This document shows positions 18,060 through 26,577 of a DNA stretch of 64,000 bases, in pieces (position 1 is the first letter of the stretch; each line of letters opens with the position of its first letter). The translations under genes were made by a program, and so were the position numbers. The notes beneath the pieces were generated by a model, which did not search any database, was not told the origin of the DNA, and saw only the letters and a program-made list of their open reading frames with translations. Origin of the DNA: an uncultured Acidobacteriota bacterium (GTDB taxonomy: Bacteria > Acidobacteriota > UBA6911); the NCBI GenBank assembly GCA_963843575.1, contig CAWJKZ010000021.1, positions 64,001-128,000 of the forward strand, in the 5' to 3' direction.

Positions 18060-18377
18060 ATGATGACCGCAAGGGTTAGCGTGGCGTGCCTTTGGGGAGC
18101 GAGCGCGCTCTTCGCGCTCTACCACGGCATTGCCCATGGTTCCGCGGCTGCTTGGTGGATCCTGGTCGATCTCGTTCCCCCGCTCGTCGTGTTCGTTTGG
18201 TGGATGGTTGACCGCTCCGCGCTCGAGCGAAGAATCAAGCGTCTCGAAGTGCGATATGAGATCGGGGATAAGAGACGCATCGATGCGCATGCGGATCTTT
18301 CGAGGGTAGAGCACCACATGCATGAGATGGAACGAGAGTCGCACAGATCGAGGGCAATCGGTTCGGTGACAGAATAA
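18060..18377 (+). CDS. Small hypothetical membrane protein
   Basis: GAGGAGG RBS; two hydrophobic segments followed by a charged, His-containing tail; follows glgC. Confidence 0.55.
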   Translation: MMTARVSVACLWGASALFALYHGIAHGSAAAWWILVDLVPPLVVFVWWMVDRSALERRIKRLEVRYEIGDKRRIDAHADLSRVEHHMHEMERESHRSRAIGSVTE

Positions 18378-18470
18378 TTCCCACAGGCAGGAGAACGTGG
18401 CGGTGTAGCGCGACGCCTCTCCCCTTGCTCGAATGCCCGGACATCTCGGGGTCTGGAGCGGACCCGGGGT

Positions 18471-19535
18471 CTACGGTCTGCCGGACGGCCTGGAAAGGGC
18501 AAATAGCGCGCGCAGTTCATCGAGGTAGCCAAGCTTGGAGTACCGGGGGGAAAAGAGGCTCTGGTAATTGAAGATGGCCACTCCCGCGGCTCCAGCTTCC
18601 AGGAGTTGCGGAACGATTCTTGTCAGATCCCCTTGGGGCATCCGGCATGCCTTCCAGGGTTCCTCGATAGTCAAGGCAATGCCGGGAACGATGGCCGTCT
18701 TCCCCCCCGCGTTCTTGACTGCCAGACGGGTCATCTCCACGATCCAATCGGAGTTTTGGCCCAACATGCACGCGTAGAGCATTGGCCGCAGAAAATCCAC
18801 GCGTTCCCGCAACTGGATGAAACTCTGACCCTGGCGCCAGCCATAGCCTTCCCCTTCGGGCGTCAGGTTGGTCTTGCGCTGGCCGGTTCCAACCGTCCAG
18901 GTCGAACAGGAAAACAGTATTCCGGGCCGGTCGCGCTTGACATTCTCCCGCACCTCGGTCGCCAGGGAGGTGATGACGCTGTCACGCCAGTCCTCCCAGC
19001 TCCCGCCGGGATTGTCCCGGAGCCAGCGCTGGGAATCGCGCCGGCAGTCCTCGCAATGGCACAGGGTCGGAGGGCCAAACCGGATGTAGTCGAGCTGCAG
19101 GCCGTCGACCCGCAGCCGGGACAATTGACGAGAAAAGGTCAGGACCTGCTGCCTGACCGCGGGCTTATTCGGGCAAAGCCACCCCGACGCCGGCTGTCCG
19201 GAGGAGTCCACGGCGTGCATGCCCGGAGCAGGCGTTGACGCCGGGGAAACTGCCCCCGCGACGATGGTGCTGAGCACCACGTGGACCGCGATTCCTTGCT
19301 CGTGTGCTGCCGTCAGCAATTCCGCAAACCGGCGGTCCTGGAGCACCGATGGATGGACCGTGCAAAGGATCGCATTGAGGTTGGCCGAGGCCACGTTGTC
19401 GACGATCTGGCGGGGAGTCGCCTCTTCAAACAGACCGGGCAGTTCCATTCGAACCCCGCGCATGTTCGTCAAGGCCTGCGACTCCGACACGGCGAGGACG
19501 ATCGCAATCAGAACCGATACGAAGCGGCAGGTCAT
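18471..19535 (-). CDS. Secreted glycoside hydrolase-like protein (GHL10/DUF187-like TIM barrel)
   Basis: Signal peptide; AHEQGIAVHV; WLCPNKPAVR; VDGLQLDYIRF; CHCEDC; VDFLRPMLY. Confidence 0.75.
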   Translation of the reverse strand: MTCRFVSVLIAIVLAVSESQALTNMRGVRMELPGLFEEATPRQIVDNVASANLNAILCTVHPSVLQDRRFAELLTAAHEQGIAVHVVLSTIVAGAVSPASTPAPGMHAVDSSGQPASGWLCPNKPAVRQQVLTFSRQLSRLRVDGLQLDYIRFGPPTLCHCEDCRRDSQRWLRDNPGGSWEDWRDSVITSLATEVRENVKRDRPGILFSCSTWTVGTGQRKTNLTPEGEGYGWRQGQSFIQLRERVDFLRPMLYACMLGQNSDWIVEMTRLAVKNAGGKTAIVPGIALTIEEPWKACRMPQGDLTRIVPQLLEAGAAGVAIFNYQSLFSPRYSKLGYLDELRALFALSRPSGRP

Positions 19536-19829
19536 GTGGTCCTCCAGGACGCGTGTTCGTGCAGGCGCCAGGATACTTCATCCGGTCGACAGACGAAACA
19601 TCGCGAGGGAGAAGCGGATTCTAACACGAGCGGATGAGGGCGGAACCAGTTGGGCGGCCAAACCGGGGGGGCACCCCGCCGGTTGCGGGCCCCGAGGACA
19701 GGGCTGTCCGCTGTCACGGTTTTATTCAACACATGAGTGCCGCGCATTCACCTATCCCGGGCTGCATCGGCCGATTATAATGGCGGCGAATCTTGGTGGC
19801 AGTGGTTGCAGCGCAGCGAGGCATGCCCC

Positions 19830-22145
19830 GTGATCGGCGACACCCTCTCACACTACCGTATCATCGAAAAGCTGGGCCAGGGCGGAATGGGTGAGGTGTA
19901 CCTTGCCCACGATGAACACCTGGACCGCAGGGTCGCCATCAAAGTCCTTCCTCCCGGTTCGCTTTCCGACGACTCCGCCCGCAAGAGGTTTCGAAGAGAA
20001 GCCCTGGCGCTCGCGAAACTGAATCACCCGAACATCGCCACCAGTCACGACTTTGATTCTGCCGGAGGCGTCGACTTCCTGGTGATGGAGTACGTGGCGG
20101 GCCCCACCCTAGGCAGCCGTCTCGCTGCCGGACCACTGCCGGAAAAACAGATCGCGCAGCTCGGGGAGCAGCTGGCCGAAGGACTGGCGGCCGCACACGC
20201 GGCAGGAGTCGTCCACACAGACCTCAAGCCGGACAACCTCAGGGTCACGGACGATGGCAGGCTGAAGATCCTGGATTTTGGGCTTGCCAGGCTGCTGAAG
20301 ACACCGGGCGTGGACGTGTCCACGATGACCGCTGCGTCCGGGACGGTCTGCGGTACCTTGCCCTACATGGCGCCGGAACAGTTGCGCGGAGACCGGCTGG
20401 ATGCGCGGACCGATATCTGGGCGGCCGGGGCGGTGCTCTATGAGCTTTCCACCGGTAAGCGCCCTTTCGAGGAGACGCTCGGTACGAAGCTGGTGGATGA
20501 CATTCTGCACTCGATGCCGCCGCTGCCGAGTGCATCCAACCGGCGCCTTTCCCCGGCGCTCGAGGCCATCATCGTCAAGTGCCTGGAGAAGAACCCGGAG
20601 AATCGGTACCAGTCCGCGAACGAACTCGCAGTTGACCTGCGTCGGCTGGCATCGCCGACCCAGCTGCCGACCGTCGCGAGGCGGCGGAAATGGCCCATCC
20701 CGGCTGCGGTCGCGGCCGCAGCCGCGGTCATCGCCGCCCTTTTCGCGTTCGATGCGGGACATCTGCGCAGCCGTGTTTGGGGCGGGGGTGTGATCGACTC
20801 GATCGCCGTGCTGCCTTTCCAGAACATCTCGCAGGATCCTCAACAGGAGTACTTTTCAGACGGGATGACGGAGGCCCTGATCGCCGAGCTTTCCCGCATC
20901 CACGCCCTGAAGGTGATTTCGAGCACCTCCGTGATGCGGCTCAGGAATACGAAGAAGACGATGCCGCAGGTCGCGCAGGAACTGGACGTCGAGGGAGTGG
21001 TGGAGGGTTCGGTGCTCCATGCGGGCGACAAGGTGCGGGTGACCGCTCAGCTCATCCGCGCACGGGAAGACCGCCCGCTTTGGACCGAGAGCTACGAGCG
21101 TGATTTGAAGGATATCATCAGTCTCCAGACGGAGTTGGCCCGCGCCATCGCCGGCGAGATCCGGATCACCGTCACGGCGCAGGAAGAGCGCTCCCTTGCC
21201 AGAAGCCACACGGTCCTTCCGGAGGCACACGAGGCGTACCTGAAGGGGCGCTACTACGCCAACCGGACGGCCAATGCACGTGCAATCGAGGCCTTTCAGC
21301 AAGCGATAAGCAAGGATCCTCAATATGCCGAGGCCTACGCGAGTCTCGCCCAGCAATACGCCTTCGCGCTGCCCGCCCATGAAGTCATGCCCAAGGCGAA
21401 GGCGATGGCTTTGAAGGCGGTCGAACTGGACGACTCGCTCGCGGAAGCGCACGCGGCGTTGGCCACGGTGGCCTACCTATACGAGTGGCAGTGGGCCGAA
21501 GCCGAGAAGGAACTCAAACGGGCGCTCGAGCTCGATCCCAATTCGACGTCGGTTCACACCCAGTACGCGTATTTTCTCATCGCACTGGGCCGGCTTGACG
21601 AAGCCTTGAAGCAGGCTGAAATCGCGCAGAGGCTGGACCCCCTCTCACTCTCGAATAACCTGAATTACGGGCGGGCCCTGTACTTCGCCAGGCGCTTCGA
21701 CGAAGCGATCGCCCAGTACAACAGGACGCTGGAACTCGACGGCAACTACGCGGCGGCTCACTTATTCCTCTGCTTCGCGCTGGAGCAAAAGGGGCGACTC
21801 GACGAGGCGATGGCCCACATGATCAAAGCACGAACGCTGGTCTCAGACAATGCCCTGGCCGGCCTCATCGCGGACACCTACGCTCGCATCGGCTACATAG
21901 GAACGTTGAAAGCGTGGGCGGCGTACTGGGAATCGGGGATTCGCGACGGGAGCGTACAACCGACCAGCGTGGCTATGCTCTACGCGCGTGCCGGAGATAA
22001 AGACAAAGCCATGCAGTACCTCGAACAGGGCTTTCGAGAGCACACGCGCGCCATCGTCACCCTGAAGGTGGAGCCGCAGCTGGACAACCTCCGGACCGAC
22101 CCGCGTTTCACAGGCCTGATCAAACGAATGGGCCTGCCCGAATAG
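19830..22145 (+). CDS. Ser/Thr protein kinase with TM helix, TolB-N-like and TPR domains
   Basis: LGQGGMGEVY; VAIK; HTDLKPDN; DFGLA; GTLPYMAPE; SIAVLPFQNIS...QEYFSDGMTE; TPRs. Confidence 0.93.
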   Translation: MIGDTLSHYRIIEKLGQGGMGEVYLAHDEHLDRRVAIKVLPPGSLSDDSARKRFRREALALAKLNHPNIATSHDFDSAGGVDFLVMEYVAGPTLGSRLAAGPLPEKQIAQLGEQLAEGLAAAHAAGVVHTDLKPDNLRVTDDGRLKILDFGLARLLKTPGVDVSTMTAASGTVCGTLPYMAPEQLRGDRLDARTDIWAAGAVLYELSTGKRPFEETLGTKLVDDILHSMPPLPSASNRRLSPALEAIIVKCLEKNPENRYQSANELAVDLRRLASPTQLPTVARRRKWPIPAAVAAAAAVIAALFAFDAGHLRSRVWGGGVIDSIAVLPFQNISQDPQQEYFSDGMTEALIAELSRIHALKVISSTSVMRLRNTKKTMPQVAQELDVEGVVEGSVLHAGDKVRVTAQLIRAREDRPLWTESYERDLKDIISLQTELARAIAGEIRITVTAQEERSLARSHTVLPEAHEAYLKGRYYANRTANARAIEAFQQAISKDPQYAEAYASLAQQYAFALPAHEVMPKAKAMALKAVELDDSLAEAHAALATVAYLYEWQWAEAEKELKRALELDPNSTSVHTQYAYFLIALGRLDEALKQAEIAQRLDPLSLSNNLNYGRALYFARRFDEAIAQYNRTLELDGNYAAAHLFLCFALEQKGRLDEAMAHMIKARTLVSDNALAGLIADTYARIGYIGTLKAWAAYWESGIRDGSVQPTSVAMLYARAGDKDKAMQYLEQGFREHTRAIVTLKVEPQLDNLRTDPRFTGLIKRMGLPE

Positions 22146-22156
22146 GCGTCAGGGCC

Positions 22157-23509
22157 TCACGTCAGCTTCGCCAACGCCGCGCTGTGGGTCCGAAGTTTGC
22201 GGACCGCAGCGATGATGTGGTCGATGTCGGTTCGATCAGCCAACAGCATGTTCTGGCCGATTCCCACAGTCGTGGCGCACACCTGCTTGTTGCCCTTCAG
22301 CTCCGCGAAGCTCTCCCGGTAGGCGCGCAACCTCTGAGCGCTCCAGAGGCGCTTGAAGCCGCGTGAGGCGATGGCTTCGTCCAGCAGACCGTCGTAGTAC
22401 TGCTCCCCGTACACGCTCGAGCAGGGGACCCCTTCGGCGGAAAGCGCCTGCAAAAACTTGCCGTGGGAGAGGCCGTTGAACTGCGCCGGGTCGTAGCGGA
22501 ATGCATAGAGATGCCACACCGCCCGGCTGTTCGCCGGCAGCCGAACGGGTGTAATGCCCGGGATCTGGGCCAGGTTGGCGCTGAGGTAGTCGGCGCTTTC
22601 GCGCCGCACGGCCGTTTCCTTCTGCAGCTTCTCGAACTGCTGCAGCAGCAGCACGGCCTGCGCCTGCGTCATGCGATAGTTGTTGCCGCGGGTGAAACTG
22701 CCGGTGCCTTTGAAGTTCCCGCTGGTGCGGCCGCAGTTGTGGAAGGCGTTGCAGCGATCGATCAGGTCCTCGCTCATGCTCGTGATCGCGCCGCCTTCGC
22801 CCGACGGGATGTGCTTGGATTCCTGGAAGCTGAAGCAGCCCAGGTCGCCAATGGTGCCGCACTTGCGGCCCTTGTACTCGGCCAGCCACGCCTGGCATGC
22901 GTCCTCGATGACGGCCAGCTTGTGTTTTTGGGCAATCGCGACGATCGGGTCCATATCGCACGGCATGCCGAAGATGTGCACCGGCATGATGGCGCGGGTG
23001 CGCTCGGTGATCCGGCTCTCGATGGACGCGGGATCCATCGTGAGCGTCGCCGGATCGGTGTCGGCGAACACGGGGAGCGCCTTCGTCGTGAGGATCGAGT
23101 TGTACGTGGCTATGAACGTGTAGGGCGAGGTGATGACCTCATCGCCCGCGTCCACGTTCATGACGTGCAAACTCACGATGAGGGCGGTGGTGCCGCTGGC
23201 GGTAGCTAGGCATTTGCCGGCGCCGAGCAGCTGCGCGTAAGCCTTTTCGAAATCGGTCACGTTGGTGCCGGATCCCCGGAACCACTTGCCGCTGCGGTAG
23301 ACTTCGAGAATCTTCGGTTCCCAGGCTTCGCGCCACTGCGGCCACGGCATCCATCCGCCCTTGTGGACGGGCGCGCCGCCCATCAGTGCCGGTTTGTCGC
23401 CGTCGGCGGCGAAGGTGATCGGACCCCGGCGGGCACTCAGCCACGAGAAAGCGGCGGCGCCCGCCGCACCGGTTCGGATGAAGCCACGTCGTGTCAGATC
23501 TTCTTTCAT
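22157..23509 (-). CDS. DegT/DnrJ/EryC1/StrS PLP aminotransferase with Tat signal
   Basis: LTRRGFI Tat motif; SGTTAL; PYTFIAT; IEDACQA; FSFQESKHIPSGEGG (PLP lysine). Confidence 0.9.
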   Translation of the reverse strand: MKEDLTRRGFIRTGAAGAAAFSWLSARRGPITFAADGDKPALMGGAPVHKGGWMPWPQWREAWEPKILEVYRSGKWFRGSGTNVTDFEKAYAQLLGAGKCLATASGTTALIVSLHVMNVDAGDEVITSPYTFIATYNSILTTKALPVFADTDPATLTMDPASIESRITERTRAIMPVHIFGMPCDMDPIVAIAQKHKLAVIEDACQAWLAEYKGRKCGTIGDLGCFSFQESKHIPSGEGGAITSMSEDLIDRCNAFHNCGRTSGNFKGTGSFTRGNNYRMTQAQAVLLLQQFEKLQKETAVRRESADYLSANLAQIPGITPVRLPANSRAVWHLYAFRYDPAQFNGLSHGKFLQALSAEGVPCSSVYGEQYYDGLLDEAIASRGFKRLWSAQRLRAYRESFAELKGNKQVCATTVGIGQNMLLADRTDIDHIIAAVRKLRTHSAALAKLT

Positions 23510-23946
23510 GGGATTACCCCCCTACAATCAGGCCATTGACGCGTTGCAGGTCATGAATCCACTGGGCCTCGTTGATGATGGGCCCACACTCTACGGCCGC
23601 CCCTCCTGCCAGACCGGAAGTTTGCAGGCACACGCATTATACCTTCAGATCCTTCGACGGGTGCTCGTCGAAATGGTCCGCGAGCCGGCCTGGAAGGGCA
23701 AAAGCAAAAACGGAACGTGGGTGTTCGCGGATTTGGCGGATTCACGAACCGTGAAACCTTCACGGAACGGGCTGGGGGGAGGGCTGAATCCTATAAGGGC
23801 TCGCATCAACCGACTCCACGTCTCTTTCATATGCCATGCTTGTTTCCTTTCACGGGGTCGCAGACCAAGGCAGCATGATCCGGTCCGGCGTGCAGAGTGC
23901 GAGCCTGACCCTCTGATGGGGTGGCCTGCTACCGCGGTTCCCCGGC

Positions 23947-24453
23947 CTATCGATTTGCGGCCTTGACAGCCCTGTCCGTGGCAACCGAGCCGTGCATCTG
24001 GACGATGAGCCACCTCCCGCCCCTTTTCTCGAGCACGCCCGTCCAGCGGATGTCTCTCGCGCCCGCAGGCTTGCCGTCCCACTCCCCGAGATCGTCGAGC
24101 GTAGCCGAGTACCATGCGACGTCGCCTGACCGGGAGAGGTGGACCTGTAGGTCACGGACCTCCGTCGCCGTAACCTTGAACCTCGAATCCATCCAAATAT
24201 CGAACAGCTTCACGTAGTTGCCCCACCCGGTCACGGCCGATTTCGAGTTGGTCCAAACAACGAACAAGTCGTCGTCGTGAGCCATGGTGCTTTCCTGAAG
24301 CGCCCGGTCCTTGGTCAAGGCCCAGCAGATCGAGTCGTTGATTATCCGTGCGATTGCAGCCTTGTCGGTTTCCCTGTCCCCGGCGGTCCCTCGAGCCTCC
24401 GGCCCGCTGATTGCGGATAAAATGAGCAATAGAACACTCGTCGTGACGGCCAC
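23947..24453 (-). CDS. Secreted SnoaL/NTF2-like protein
   Basis: Signal peptide; SGDVAWYS...RWTGVLEKRGGRWLIVQMHGS; GGAGG RBS before GTG. Confidence 0.8.
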   Translation of the reverse strand: MAVTTSVLLLILSAISGPEARGTAGDRETDKAAIARIINDSICWALTKDRALQESTMAHDDDLFVVWTNSKSAVTGWGNYVKLFDIWMDSRFKVTATEVRDLQVHLSRSGDVAWYSATLDDLGEWDGKPAGARDIRWTGVLEKRGGRWLIVQMHGSVATDRAVKAANR

Positions 24454-24816
24454 TTTGTCCTCCCTGAATTCTTAAGCCTTCGATCCCAGATTCTGAAAGC
24501 GAAGGTACGACGGGCAGATCGCAGGGAGTTGTTAGGTTTTTGCGAGGATTTGTTTTGTTCGGGCGAACGCCGGGTCGAATGGGCGTGTAGGGTGCGGCCC
24601 GAAGTCGGAATACCCGGCTTGAGCCTTACGATCCAGTGAGATGGACTGGATATTATGGTTAGTTACCTATGATTAACCCCCACCAATTATTAGCGGCGTT
24701 GGCCCCGCAGTGTTGCGAGATTCGAACCCGTGTGCTTGGCCATAGCATTCTGGCAGGGCGCGCGTATTCTATTAGGAGAGCCTGTGGCCGGGTGCGAGCG
24801 GGTGGCGGTGGACGGG

Positions 24817-25710
24817 ATGAAACGGTTGGGAATCGTTTTGGGTGTTGTGCTGGGAGCCGTGCCGGCGCTGCGCTGCTCCTGCCCGGTGCATGCGAGTCAC
24901 GCCGCGGTCCCGCGGTCGGAATGGCGAGGCTCCCTGACCCTCTATCGGCGGCCGCTGGAGATCCGTTGCTCCCGCGCGGGCGGGCCGGACCCTTCCTGCC
25001 TGGTTGTCTATGCGACGGGCGACGGCGGGTGGCGCGGGCTCGACGAGCAGCTCTACGAATGGTTCTCGGAGGAGGGGTACGCGGTCGCGGGTTTCAGCTC
25101 GCGCAGCTATCTGAAGAACCTCGGGTATGTCTCCGACACGACGACCCCCGAGCGCCTCGTCGAGGACTTCCGGCTGATCATCGACTTTGCCGAGGGGCGG
25201 CTCGGGTTGCCCGCTTCGACGCCGGTCATCCTGGCGGGCCTCTCGCGGGGTGCTGGGCTGTCGGTGGTCGCCGCGGGGGAGGGGGAGCTGAAGCCGCGGC
25301 TCGCGGGACTGCTGGCGGTCGCGCTGACGCGCGAGGAGGAGTACGTGCGCCACTACGGGTGGCGGGACCGCCGCGGATCGGCCGGCACGCCGAAGAGGGA
25401 GCTGGTCGAGATTAAGACCTACGACTATCTTTCCCGCCTGTCGGGCTTCCCAGTGATGGTGATCCAGTCCACCGGGGACAACTACGTTACCGCCGATGCG
25501 GCGCGCGAATTGTTCGGGCCCGACACCCCGCTGCGCAGGCTGAGGGCTGTCGACGCGCGCAACCATCGTTTCAGCGGCGGGTGCGAAGCCCTGCACAGCG
25601 AAGCGCTGGCCGGGCTGGCATGGATCCGGGAGACCGCTGACCGGACCGGCAAGGCTGGTCCCGGGCCGAGTCCGACCGTGTCCTCCGGCTTTTTTTCGTG
25701 TCCTCCGTGA
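24817..25710 (+). CDS. AcvB/VirJ-family aminoacyl-phosphatidylglycerol hydrolase-like alpha/beta hydrolase (copy 1)
   Basis: Signal peptide; YATGDGGWRGLD; nucleophile elbow LAGLSRGA; NHRFS catalytic His. Confidence 0.8.
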   Translation: MKRLGIVLGVVLGAVPALRCSCPVHASHAAVPRSEWRGSLTLYRRPLEIRCSRAGGPDPSCLVVYATGDGGWRGLDEQLYEWFSEEGYAVAGFSSRSYLKNLGYVSDTTTPERLVEDFRLIIDFAEGRLGLPASTPVILAGLSRGAGLSVVAAGEGELKPRLAGLLAVALTREEEYVRHYGWRDRRGSAGTPKRELVEIKTYDYLSRLSGFPVMVIQSTGDNYVTADAARELFGPDTPLRRLRAVDARNHRFSGGCEALHSEALAGLAWIRETADRTGKAGPGPSPTVSSGFFSCPP

Positions 25711-25722
25711 CGAGTTGTTTTG
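25676..25722. repeat. GGACACGG-type dispersed repeat
   Basis: The reverse complement caaaacaactcgtcacggaggacacgaaaaaaagccggaggacacgg aligns with 58637-58684 caaaaacaactcgacacgcaggacacggaaaaaagcagaaggacacgg. Confidence 0.7.
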
Positions 25723-25820
25723 ATTTTCGGGGCGCAGCAATCCTCTGTCGCATCCACGCCGAGGATGTAGGACTCGTTCAGGGCGTCGAGCTGGCGCACC
25801 CCGGATTGCGGCCGCGCCGC

Positions 25821-26576
25821 TCACCTGCCTTTGATCCAGTCCAGCGCTTCGAGTAGGCGACGGTCCAGCTCGTCGCGCCGGTCGCTGAAACGGTGGTTTG
25901 CGGCGTCGATCACCCACATCCTCTTCGGATCGCCCGCGCGCGCGAGCATGGACTTGGCGAGTTCGAGCGAGACAAACTCGTCGTGGGTGGAGTGGACTTC
26001 GGCGAGCGGGACCGGGCTGACCTTCCCGATGACGTCCTCGACCATGAAGCTCGGCTCGCTGGGGGCCTTCTTGGTGATCCAGATCGTGAAATCCTGCCAC
26101 TTCCATCCCAGTTCGTTCTGGTCCGGCAGGCCCAGCCCGAGTACGCCCTGGATCTGTGGTTTCAGTGCGGGGTCGGCCGCTGCCAGCACCGACAGGCCGG
26201 CGCCTTCGGAGATGCCGGCCAGGACAGGCCGCTCTGTGTTCCCGCGGCGGGCATAGTCGATGAGGGCCCTGAAGTCGCGCGGCACGTCGGCCGGGTCGAG
26301 CGCGGCGTCCTTCGAGGTGAAGCTGGCCAGGTATGCGCGGCTATTGAAGCCCACGACGCGGTAGCCCCGGGAGGAGAGAAACTCCGCGACGTGGACCGCC
26401 AGCCCCGCCCACCCGAGATCGCCGCTGGAGAGTATCACGGGCGGGCCGCCCGGGTTTCCGTACAGGTGGAGTTCCTGGCTCTTTCCGCGAAGGTCGATGC
26501 TCGCCGGCGCCTGCGCCGGCTCGAACGCCCAGGCGGCGAGCAGGGCGGGGAGGAGCAAAAGGGCGACCAGTCGCAC
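25821..26576 (-). CDS. AcvB/VirJ-family aminoacyl-phosphatidylglycerol hydrolase-like alpha/beta hydrolase (copy 2)
   Basis: Signal peptide; LSSGDLGWAGL; LAGISEGAG; NHRFS; start separated by 1 nt from the synthase stop. Confidence 0.82.
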   Translation of the reverse strand: MRLVALLLLPALLAAWAFEPAQAPASIDLRGKSQELHLYGNPGGPPVILSSGDLGWAGLAVHVAEFLSSRGYRVVGFNSRAYLASFTSKDAALDPADVPRDFRALIDYARRGNTERPVLAGISEGAGLSVLAAADPALKPQIQGVLGLGLPDQNELGWKWQDFTIWITKKAPSEPSFMVEDVIGKVSPVPLAEVHSTHDEFVSLELAKSMLARAGDPKRMWVIDAANHRFSDRRDELDRRLLEALDWIKGR

Positions 26577-26577
26577 G

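Noticed and set aside
23636-23641. TATAAT -10 upstream of the DegT gene (also TATAAT at 19776 and TACAAT at about 59619)
   Set aside because: Plausible promoters, but no matching -35 element; too weak to list as features.
24480-24570. ACCTAAC on the - strand suggesting an integron attC upstream of the SnoaL gene
   Set aside because: No complementary GTTRRRY end or paired L boxes, and no integrase.
25723-25799. Short coding-like segment (MRQLDALNESYILGVD) between the VirJ genes
   Set aside because: Too short and no recognisable family.
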